NCBI RefSeq assembly: GCF_030684315.1
Contig: NC_081369.1
Span: 9,400,035-9,464,034, forward strand
Origin: Stegostoma tigrinum
Taxonomy: Eukaryota
Direction: 5' to 3'
DNA length: 64,000 bases
Part shown: piece by piece, positions 53,578-63,677 of the stretch
Layout: every line of letters starts with the position of its first letter
Numbering within the stretch: position 1 is the stretch's first letter
Notes under the pieces: generated by a model
The model's input: only the letters and a program-made list of their open reading frames with translations
Databases searched by the model: none
Told to the model about the DNA's origin: nothing
Made by a program: the position numbers and the translations under genes

Positions 53578-56500
53578 GTACTTTGGTTTTTGATTCACAG
53601 AACTGCTTTAATTCATTAAAGACTTTCGATGCAGCTCCTCCTTCCATTAAATAATCTTAATTCATCTATCTTGTTAAGAACTTAACTCTCCTATCTTTAT
53701 GCCGAATACGACAGTTAACTATGTTTTATTTTGTTTCTGACAGCTGCGGACCACACTTGTTTTAGGGTTACTCAAATACCTAAAAGAGCAGCTGCGAACA
53801 GACGGGAAGACATTACCTTCTACTGTACATTCTCCATTTGTCAGCAAAGTTCAAAGCCAAATGTAATTTGGTGGAAGCAGGTTGGGAATGAACGTGTTCA
53901 GATTGAAGCCAGTGGTAGACAACAATTTGGATTTGAAAATGAAGCAACAGCGTTCCTTAGCTTGCTGCGCGTTGATATCCAAGATTCTGGACATTATCAC
54001 TGCACGGTGAATTACCAAGGAATCGGTCAAAGAAGCGGAACCCCGTCCCAGCTATTTGTGCGTGGTAAGTGAGAGCGACACTGTCTGAAATAATTTGAAA
54101 TAACAAGATATTTCCTGATCGCTGATTTCACCAATATTGGCGGTTAAATCGTGTCCAGTTATCATTTATACAGGAACCTACCCTTGATATTTCAGTTCCG
54201 TTGAAAAAAAGTAAAATTACACGATCAATATCACCGGTAGAAAACTGAAGCTTTTATAAATATTAACAATTTACGCTGTAATTCTAAAGACAGCCTATAC
54301 ACTATGTGCTTTTTGCCGATATACAAAACTTCCGATGTACATAGGCAACAAGAAACCGCTTTGTCAGGCTATTCGTCCACAATTCTTAGTCCCTGGTATG
54401 TTATTGAAGTCGTGTGACTGCCCGACAATTATTTTTTCTGAGATTGAAGATTCTAGAAATTTATTCTCACATTAATTTCACGTCATAATTTGAAAATCAG
54501 CATGAACTTATTTCATGAGTGAAGGAATCGATGCAAAAGAAACACAGTTTGACAGATACAAGTAGGTACAATCACTGACCTAGAATAAATAAAACAACGC
54601 AGAGAATCTGTAGCAATAACAAATTTGCTGGAAAAGCTCAGCAGGTCTGGCAGCATCTGTGGAGGACAAAACAGAGTTAACGTTTCGGGTCCGGTGACCC
54701 TTCCTCAGAACTTAAAGTTCAACTGATTCAATGTGTTTTGTCAATTGAAATGCCTTGTTTTTGAAATCCGACTGATACAGTGATCTTGGGGTAATCGGCA
54801 ATCTGCAACTTCACCGCCGTTATGCACTTGAGCTTAAAAAAAACACCAGGGCAGACGAGCACAATTTGCTTTGTTCCTTTCTTGTGCGCAAGCTCAATTT
54901 AATTAATTTATTCAAATATGCGACATAAGCATTGCGAAGCATTTTGTAGTTTTGTTCTGCCGAGGAAGGCCAAGTATTGGATTTGATAATTCAAGTAAAA
55001 ATGGATAAAAGCCGCTGCCTGGAGAGCTATTTGTTTCATTAACTGAATGCTTGTGCATAAAATTAAGTTGAGAAGAAACTGCACTTCTGAGCATTGTATT
55101 TCTAGGAAAGCATAGCGTCTGTAAATCAGCCTCAAATTTAACAATTTCTGATTTGTTCCAGTAACTTGGCTTTGTTCAATCTCTGCTTGCAGTTGCTCCA
55201 GTCCCACTGAAAATTACGCCCAAGTTTCACGAAGAAAATTCACTTGTGTCTTTGACCCTTCTGTGTGAAACAGCTGCATTTTATCCGGAGGATTTCACCC
55301 TCGCCTGGTATAAAAACGGCACGAAAACTACAGTCGGTATAAATACGAGCAAGGTGCAGAACAGTGAGGGACTGTATGAAGTATCCAGTTCTTTGGTTGA
55401 TCCTCATCCTCCCTCAAGTAATCTCAAGTATACCTGTGAAATATCTCACATCTCCCTCAAGACGCCTGCTGTTGTAACCCACAGTATTTCCACATTTGGC
55501 GGATTCCAAAAAGGCGAGTTAGTTGCTGTCAGTTTTGTTACGAAATGCATCGTAGAATAGTGCAACGTGTGGGCCTAATCCGCAGTGGTTTCATGGAGAT
55601 GTATTTAAATGTATTATACTAAGTTGACATCTCTGTTGTAAGAGCATCAAAACTTATTTGGTATTCTATTTCTTTGACTTTTGAAATAGTAATTATGTTC
55701 AGAATTGAGCTGATCTATCCATTTGTTTCTTCCTATCATTTTGTCCACGTTCACCTTCTTTGCCCAAGCTATGCCTACCTCTTTGTAGGTTACGTGGCAC
55801 AATCCCTCTTCTGTACCTACACTGGTCCTAAACATCACTTTTTCCTCTGTTACATTGATGACTGCATTGCCATCTCCTTGTGCTCCCATGAGGAGCTCGA
55901 GCAGTTCATCCACTTCACCCACAGACTCCCACAGCTACCTGGAATACACCTCCTCCCACCCACCTTCCTGCAAAAATGCCATTCCCTCCTCCCAATTCCT
56001 TTGTCTCTGCCACATCTGCTCCGAGGATGAGGCATTCCACTCCCGTACATCTCTGATGTCCTCGTTTTTCAAGGATCGCAACTTCCCTGCTCAATGGTTG
56101 AGAATGCCCTCGACGGTGTCTCCCGCATTTCCCACAACTCATCCCTCACACATCCTCCCTGCAAAAACAACCAAAACAGAATCCCCCTCATCCTCATGTA
56201 CCACCTCACCAACCTCCTGATCCAATGCATCATCTTCCGACACTTCCGCCATCTGCAATCCGACCCCACCCTTAAAGACGTTTTTCCCACCCTCATCTGC
56301 TTTTTGGAGGGACCACTCTCTCCATGAATCCCTCGTCCGCTCCACACTCCCCTCCAGCGCTACCACACCGACACTTTTCCCTGCAACCACAGGAAGTGCT
56401 ACACCTGCCCCTACACCTCCCCCTTCACCCTCATCTCAGGTCCCAAGAAGACTATCCACATCAAGCAGATGTTCACCTGCACATCTGCTAATGTGGTATA

Positions 56501-59500
56501 CTGATCCACTGTTCCTGTTGTTGCCTCATCTACATCGGGGAAACCACGCGGAGGCTTGGGGACCACTTTGCAGAACACCTATTCTCAGTTCGCACTAAAC
56601 AACTGCACCTCCCAGTTGCGAATCTTTTCAACTTCCACTCCCGTTCCGCAGGTGACATGTCCATCCTGGGCCTCCTGCAGTGCCGCAACGATGCTACCTG
56701 AAGGTTGCAGGAACAGCGTCCTATATTTCACTTGGGAACCCTGCAGCCCAATGGTATCAATGTGGACTTCACAGGCTTCAAAATCTCCCTCCCCCACTGC
56801 ATCCCCAAACCAGTCACTTTCTGGATTACCCCAATCCAGAAATTGAAGTGGACAGTTGAGAAAATGCTTGTGATATCATTCCTCTAAATTTAAGAAAGCA
56901 TAATTAGTAAGTAAGAAAGCTCGAGAACAACAGTATTTTGATTCATGGGGAATTGACTTATCTCATATTCCTACCTTTCCGAAACAGTCCTTTGTGTTCC
57001 ATAAATTGACAATCTATTCCAGAGATTGATTCAGAATTTGCCATGTTGGATCAAGAATTCACTTCGATATTTAACAGAAATAATCTTTGGCAGTTCAGCT
57101 TTTTCATTGTCCTTGAATAGCGCTGTGCAGTTGAAAGTATCATCACATTTTAAGCAAAGAACTAAAGTGACAATATTTTTAATTTAATGATCACATGCAA
57201 ATAATGTCTTCTTTATCCTGCAGACAGTATCAACAATTCACTGGTCATCTGGCCTTCAGTTCGTTATGTGATTTTCTCGGCGCTTGTTGTAATTCTGTTC
57301 GTGTTTGGGACTACAAAGTACTTGAGGATATCAGAAGTAAGGTCTACTATCAAAGCTTGCTTTTCGCACAGGGCCTGGGTTCATTTGCCATTTCTGGAAA
57401 ACAAGCAGGATACTTATTAGGGATAATTCGAATTGGTTGAAGACTGAAAAATGCAATCATTTTGTTCTTTTTTCCCCCGCAAACGTGGATTGCTCCAAAG
57501 CCACTTAAAAACACAAGAAGGTTCTTGGAAACATGAGTGAACCATTCAGCCCCTTTGGGCCTGTTCTGCCATTCAAAGAGATCATGGTTGATGAATGGCT
57601 TAACTCTATATCCTTGTCCCTAAACACTTTGCTTAACAAAAATAAATCGATCCCAGATTTAAAATTAAAATTAACTTCTATTTGTTGAAAAGTCTTGCAA
57701 ACATGTGCATAGAAGAGCTTCCTCACATCTTTCTTGAATGATCTTGTTGCAAGTTTTAGAGTATGACCACCAGTTCTAGAATCCACAACCAGCAGAAGTA
57801 GTATATGTTACTGACAAAGTGTGAAGAGGGTCTTCGGTCCGCCTCCTCCTCTCTCCCTATTTATTTCAGAACCCTCACCCCATCCCCCTCTCTGATGAAG
57901 GGTCTAGGCCCGAGACATCAGCTTTTGTGCTCCTGAGATGCTGCTTGGCCTGCTGTGCTCATCCAGCTTCACACTTTGTTATTTGGATTCTCCAGCATCT
58001 GCAGTTCCCATTATCACTGATACTATATTACTGACACTCTCTTTTGCTGTTAATGTCGTAAAGCCTTCAATTAGATCATCTCTCAACCTTCTAAATTAGA
58101 GAGAAAATAGTCTTAGTTTGTATAATCCCTCCATGTAATTAAATCCCTAAAGTCCACAATTATCATTCTGGTAATTGTACATCATACTCCTTCCAAGGTC
58201 AATGCACCTTTCCTGTGGTATGCTGCTCAGAACCGTTCACAGCTCACCAAAATGTTTTCAAATGTAAACAATGCTCACGTGTGTTAATTTCCAAAGGCAC
58301 ATTTCAGTTTTCAACATGAGAAATGAAATTTATCACAATAAATATGAAGTAGGTAATTCGATGCTTCTGTCAAGTAATGATTGCTCCTTGAAAGAATGGA
58401 GGATTAATAGCAGATTCTGATGTTGCAACCGTCTGATCTCTGCGAGCAACATAATCAAATGTATTCTGCCTCAACGGAACATTCACATCCTTTCTCTAAT
58501 ACTTTGATTCAGAAAAATGCGCTCATTTTCTGCATGGAAACTGAGTCAATATTTTCATCACTCAATGCAATTATATTTCATTGGTTTGCAGGTAAAGAAG
58601 AATGCACAAGGCAATCAGACTGCCATGTCAATGTGGTAAGTTCATATCATCATCATGCTTGGAGTTTGAAATGTTTGGATCAATGGCAATAATGGAAGAA
58701 ATATACATTAATAATGACAGAACATTTTATATCTATTTATTGAAAGACTATTCATCTGGTATGTGTGTGTTTCAGAGCCAGGTTTGAAGCGCAATTTGTA
58801 CAACTTGTATTACTGATGAAGGTTGGCAAGTGGATCTTCTTTAAAAAAAAACCGTAATCATATCTTTGAGAATGTTGCAAGGTTGAGTCACGTTTTAGGG
58901 TTGAGAACAAATTTACTGTCTAAACCCATTGCATCTAACACTTAACATTATGTTTCAGCATGAATATGAGGAAGTTTGAATTGTTGCATTGAACACTGAG
59001 ATTAACATTGTCTTCATGCAGATATATCTATAATATGGATTCTGCAAGGGATGTCGAGTCTTGGTTAAATATGCTTAGTCCTTGATGTAGAAAATCTTCG
59101 AGACAATGAAAAGGACACTTATTGAAGTGTTGTTCTTGTCCTCACAGGAAGCCATGGCGGAGGTTTCCTGCAATAGACTTAGGCAAAAACAGGAGAACTC
59201 CTAGACATACGTTTGAAATAGAGAAAAACATGCCTATTGAGGTAGGGCGGAGTGGGAGAACACAAAATCAGGATAAAATTGTGATTCAAGATAATAAAAT
59301 GTGAGGCTGGATGAACACAGCAGGCCAAGCAGCATCTCAGGAGCACAAAAGCTAATAAAATGTGAGGCTGGATGAACACAGCAGGCCAAGCAGCATCTCA
59401 GGAGCACAAAAGCTACTTGGCCTGCTGTGTTCATCCAGCCTCACATTTTATTATCTTGGATTCTCCAGCATCTGCAGTTCCCATTATCTCTAAAATTGTG

Positions 59501-59802
59501 ATTCAGCCTGACAATGAAGGCATTTGCTTCTATGGACATTAGCCAAATGTCATTTTGAAGCCTATTTTTGTGTCCTTCTGATTAGTGCTTTGCAGAAAGT
59601 TTATAAAAAAGGCCAATTAATAACATTTCCAAATAATATCTTTACAGCTCTCCATGTTGCTATCGGCAGTAAGATGACATACAGTCCTCTAAAGTTCTCT
59701 GTTTCTGCGAAGAAGGCACAGAGATTGCTTGAGCTGCAGACTGAAAAACAAAACAAAGTAACAGAAGATATCCATGCACAAGCAAGAAATAACAAGGCTT
59801 AA
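53523..59802 (+). CDS. Spliced gene: non-rearranging VJ-C1-TM Ig superfamily receptor (SIRP-like / NCR3-related architecture)
   Basis: Phase-compatible exons 53523-53577, 53744-54064, 55193-55513, 57224-57336 and 58592-58635, followed by either 59148-59304 (336 aa) or 59148-59241 + 59596-59802 (384 aa). Both models are open throughout. Two AATAAA signals at 59895 and 59911. Confidence 0.8.
53744..54064 (+). CDS. Ig V-set domain exon with germline-encoded J-like G strand
   Basis: Acceptor tttctgacag and donor G|GTAAGT, phase 1/1. Motifs FRVTQ, ITFYC, VIWWKQ, AFLSLLRVDIQDSGHYHC, GQRSGTPSQLFVR. Confidence 0.93.
54612..54720 (-). mobile_element. Family B half element in the V-C1 intron
   Basis: ttgctggaaaagctcagcaggtctggcagcatctgtgg...cccttcctcagaac. 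Confidence 0.85.
54675..54712 (-). ncRNA. Minimal type I hammerhead ribozyme (Penelope-type), intact consensus
   Basis: Minus strand AGUU-CUGAGGA-A-GGGUC-ACCG-GACCC-GAAAC-GUU/AACU: both core boxes, 5-bp stem II, 4-bp stem I, and the palindromic AACGUU stem III remnant. Confidence 0.8.
55193..55513 (+). CDS. Ig C1-set domain exon
   Basis: Acceptor ctctgcttgcag. VAPVPLKI...LTLLCETAAFYPEDFTLAWYKNG...GLYEVSSSL...YTCEISHISL contains the C1 hallmarks (CxxxxFYP, W, YxCxxxH). Ends at a GC donor, AAG|GCGAGT. Confidence 0.92.
55755..56812 (+). mobile_element. Penelope-like element fragment (RT + GIY-YIG endonuclease) in the C1-TM intron
   Basis: PSYAYLFVGYV...YIDDC; PTDSHSYLEYTSSHP..CKNAIP.SQFL; LIYIGET.RRL..FAEH; frameshifted. 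Confidence 0.93.
57224..57336 (+). CDS. Transmembrane exon DSINNSLVIWPSVRYVIFSALVVILFVFGTTKYLRISE
   Basis: Acceptor tctttatcctgcag with phase-1 entry matching the C1 exon; hydrophobic stretch followed by basic residues; donor GAA|GTAAGG. Confidence 0.85.
57500..58250 (-). mobile_element. Decayed CR1 3' region in the intron after the TM exon
   Basis: SRTGGHTLKL...FKKDVRK plus 3' UTR; split by a Penelope-derived insertion. Confidence 0.7.
57817..58023 (+). mobile_element. Penelope-derived family A element with about 13-bp TSD
   Basis: TSD TATGTTACTGACA (57804-57816) / TATATTACTGACA (58024-58036); hammerhead core mutated. Confidence 0.85.
58592..58635 (+). CDS. Short (44 nt) cytoplasmic exon
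   Basis: Acceptor ttggtttgcag and donor GTG|GTAAGT. Its length bridges the phase-0 TM donor to the only open frame of the next exon. Confidence 0.6.
59148..59802 (+). CDS. Terminal cytoplasmic exon region, interrupted by a Penelope-derived insertion
   Basis: Acceptor ttcttgtcctcacag; open frame KPWRRFPAIDLGKNRR... The distal segment carries MTYSPL and the decayed motifs IFTAL and IHAQA, stops at 59802, and is followed by polyA signals. Confidence 0.55.
59289..59490. mobile_element. Palindromic family A element with internal 61-bp tandem duplication and 15-bp TSD
   Basis: TSD TAAAATTGTGATTCA at 59274-59288 and 59491-59505; 61-bp unit at 59292-59352 and 59353-59413; ribozyme core deleted. Confidence 0.92.
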
Positions 59803-59894
59803 ATATTTCAAGGCAAAAGATTATTCTTGGACTTGGACTGATCACAATCGTTGGCACTTAGAGCTTCAGGCCTGCACAGTCTCACCTCTGTGCG

Positions 59895-59916
59895 AATAAA
59901 GCATTACCGCAATAAA
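59895..59916 (+). terminator. Tandem AATAAA polyadenylation signals
   Basis: AATAAA at 59895 and 59911, about 100 nt after the TAA at 59800-59802. Confidence 0.5.
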
Positions 59917-60039
59917 GCAGATAGACATAGCGAGTACCTATCCTTTTAATGGCCAATTAATCCCTATTATTGGTTTTTAAGAACACCAACAACCTGCTTT
60001 GAAAGTATGTTTGAAAGACACTTTGCTTGAAGCAGAGTA

Positions 60040-60507
60040 AATGAGAATTGCAGGAGAATCCAAGATAACAAAGCATGAAGCTGGATGAACACAGCAGGCC
60101 CAGCAGCATCTCAGGAGCACAAAAGCTGGCATTTTGGGCCTAGACCCTTCATCAGAGAGGGGGATGGGGAGAGAGTTAGGGTTAGAGTTAAACCCTAACC
60201 CTATCGCCTGTCCCCGTCCCCCTCTCTGAAGAAGGGTCTAGGCCTGAAACGTCAGCTTTTGTGCTCCTAAGATGCTGCTGGGCCTGCTGTGTTCATCCAG
60301 CTTCACACTTTGTTATCTTGGATTCTCCAGCATCTGCAGTTCTCATTATCTCTGATCACAATTTTAACCGCACTGTGAAGCCTCTTCCAGGGATGCCTAA
60401 CCTGAAGAAGTTACCTTCCTCTCTCTGGACCAACCTTAGGGAATCTCTCTCCAACTGCAACTCTCTTGTCCACCTATCTTCTCCTCTATCCATCTTCAGA
60501 AGTTGCT
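60040..60507. mobile_element. Palindromic family A element followed by Penelope-like internal sequence
   Basis: Inverted arms around a loop at about 60171-60210; plus-strand hammerhead core CTGAAGA...GAAACGTC at 60226-60253. Confidence 0.85.
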
Positions 60508-63500
60508 TGAAGCAATTGGCTGCCTCTCAGAGCTTCTTGCTTGCTCTTATTGCATTTGTCTAATCAGAATCTAGTTGCTTGCTGTCTGCATCCATGCCTT
60601 GCCTTGATTTGTACTGTGTTTGCAGAGCCACACAGCTACCTTGCAAGTGAATACTTCATAGTCAATGAGGTATGCAACCTGTAATACGCAATGTGTGACA
60701 TGAGTGTCGCAGCTGCGACTTGTGTCAGCAGTTTATGCACCAAACACACATCATGTGTAGCCAACAGGCAGCCATGTCTCAAAGTCAAAGGGAAAGAGAC
60801 GGGTGCGACATCCTTGGAGGTACCTATCAATTACAGTGACCCAGGAGAGTAATGAACAGCTGTCTCCCATCCCAGTCCAACCATCTGCGGAAGGTCAGGC
60901 GTTTGGCCAGGGTGGTGTTGGTCAGGGTCTGCAATCCGGGGACTGGGTTATGGTCAGTCCAGTGCCTCCATAGCACTTAGGACAGTGGGAAGTGCAAAAG
61001 ACAGAAGGGAAGGCAGTGATATGAGAGGAGGACTTAATCCCCAGTCAGGATCACACTGGCATTTAGGGGTGAGAGGTGGGGAGTGAGAGACGGGTCTATG
61101 ACCACTCCTGGCAAGGTCACCTCATATGGCAATGGTGTGGTGATGATCGTAATTGGCACAAGCAGACTCGAGAAGATGGGCTGCTTGTGGACCTCTGCAG
61201 GTGTAAAGCCTATGGGGTTCATGAGATGGGCAAGCAGTGAGAGAATGCAGACGTTCAGAGGCTCACAAACGTTCAAATGGAATCTAGAAGCCATTGGCCT
61301 AGATTGATCATTGACAGCTTCCATCCTAGTGGAATTTTAATGTGTGCAATGTGAAGCCAAATGGCAGAAAATTATACTTGGATGAAGTTCGTAAGTTTAT
61401 TGAACTGTGAAGGAAGGGGCTGCAGGACTCACCAGTTTGAGACTTTTTAATTGGAAACTATATTACTTGCAGACCAATGAATGTTACAAGGCAGAGATTT
61501 GCAAACTCCTTGATCCTGGGCAATAGGCATGCACTGATCATACGTGTGAACTGTATGTCACTGTCTTGGATATGAATGATTAGCTTATTTATGCCAGCAC
61601 CTTTGCACTCAGGTGCGAGGGTGTTAATATCGTAACATTTCACCTCGGGAGGCGACGGTATCAGCAGAACCCTGTGCTTAATTCTCAACTCTTCATTTTG
61701 TCTCAATAGTTTCCCTTTGTCTTTCTGCCCCTCCGACAGCTTGTCTGTGCTGTCCTTGGTAACATAATTGGGTGGAGCGTACCTGCTTGGCAATGGATTC
61801 CATTGACAATGACGATTTGGGTCAGGCAATCCTGAGAGCATTTATATCTGATATGAATACCATTTCCATTGTATTGTTTGTACCTTGAGTAACTCAGTAG
61901 CACTGTAACAATCATATAAATTAGAAAAATTGTTCATGGCATTTCAGTTACACATCTAAAAGGCACAGATCGTTGAAACGTCAACATTGATGTTAGTCAT
62001 TTTTGAATCTTACGTCCCTGCTCATAGTTTTAATGAATAGTGAACTTCAATTTCGTGAAGCATTTGCATGTCCCAAAAGGCTTGAAACCATCTGATGGTA
62101 TTTAACACATCCACTCACTTGCCACTTCGTGATGTGTTGCAACAATTTCGTCATAGCAAATTTTTATTCGCAACAATTAGATCATTCTGTCTCTGATATT
62201 CTTCACTGAATTACCATATCTATGTAGGTTTGTAAGTTTCTTCTGTAGGTCTTTATGTGACCGAGTACGCTGCCTCATTCATGATTGGCAGAGTCTATGT
62301 GAACTCTCGAATAACGATAACATAATTAGCAAAAACATCTGGAAAATAAATAATTGTCAAAGCTCAGTGGCAATAAAAATACAGTTGGTTGAATGCTGTC
62401 ATAAGATAATTGATGTTTCCTTACATATATTCATAACATTTTCCAACTTCTTATTTGACTCTCTGAGATCCATTCAAGCTCATTCTCATACAACTAAGAT
62501 CACTAATTTTGGCCTTTATCGTACTGAATATCTTCTCCAGCGTCAAGTTTCCTCTGTTGCTGAACCATCATCTGTGATTTAATTCACCTGTGCTCAACGA
62601 TTCCAGTACACACATAGCTGAACTCCCATATTTTATCTTCTGTAAACTGCAGCTAAACCTTTGTTTTTAATGTTTTAACAAATATGGGAGGTATGCTGCT
62701 AGATATTTTGGCTCCCAGTCAAGTGTAATATTAATTTTACAATTCCTATCATCGTTAAAAACTGCCATTTAATTGCCTCTCCTCATCTCTCTAATTGCTC
62801 TACCACTGGCAGCTATCCAAAAATAGTCTCAGCATCTAAGTTATGGAAACATCCTTACATCTCTCCACTCTCATCATTGCGTTAATCCGTAAATGCTTTT
62901 TAAAAGGTACCCATTTCAACGAGTGTTTGGCAGTGTAACCTTACACACCCTGATTTGTTCAATCAATGCTTCGTTTTGTGTTCATTTGATCTGTTTTGGG
63001 AGGCTTAAACATAGGTTTGTCTTCAGATATGCTTTCTTTCCACAGCTCTGAAAGGTCAACCGTGTGAAACCTGAATGGCTCACAAAATAAACAACCTCTT
63101 CAAAGAGAGGCACGTGTGCTTACCGCTAAACTACTGCTGACCATGTATTCTCCTTATGGGTAACAGAAGCCCATTCTTAAGGTAATTTGGTCAACCAATT
63201 GAATTTGCGACAGCACAAGTTCGCTGTAAAGTGTGGACATTTAATTTACTGACACCATTATTTTTCGATTATGAAAATTTATTCTTATTTTGTCAATATA
63301 ACCTCTGGAGTTAAAGAGTCAACCATTATTAAAGTTATGAACTTTAGTGTATATCCGCACTGTAAACAGTGAAAATACAGCAAAGAAAAAACACTTGTAC
63401 TCCCAACCATTACTTCTGACTAATCTACCTCAACTGTTCGAATAATCAATTTAGACACTGGTTTATTGCTTCAACAAAAGACTTCCCGATCTATTAACAA

Positions 63501-63605
63501 CATAATAACCACAATTGAGCGAAACCGAGCAACAAAATAATCCAAGATAATAAAATGTGAGGCTGGATGAACACAGCAGGCCAAGCAGCATCTCAGGAGC
63601 ACAAA

Positions 63606-63639
63606 AGCTGACGTTTCGGGCCTAGACCCTTCATCAGAG
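63606..63639 (-). ncRNA. Minimal hammerhead ribozyme core (minus strand)
   Basis: CUGAUGA-A-GGGUCUAGGCCC-GAAAC-GUC, the mirror copy of the plus-strand core. Confidence 0.65.
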
Positions 63640-63643
63640 AGCT

Positions 63644-63677
63644 CTCTGATGAAGGGTCGAGGCCCGAAACGTCAGCT
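63644..63677 (+). ncRNA. Minimal hammerhead ribozyme core (plus strand)
   Basis: CUGAUGA-A-GGGUCGAGGCCC-GAAAC-GUC; only 2 bp of stem I are evident. Confidence 0.65.

Noticed and set aside
53744-55513. Rearranging Ig light chain or TCR V-J-C cluster
   Set aside because: V and the J-like strand lie in one exon ending in a splice donor, no heptamer/nonamer RSS flanks it, and separate TM and long tail exons follow.
13340-60377. Isolated CACAGTG/CACTGTG heptamers (e.g. 20364, 26867, 35498, 42687, 45149)
   Set aside because: In the ones I checked there is no ACAAAAACC-like nonamer at 12- or 23-bp spacing, and none is next to a V exon.
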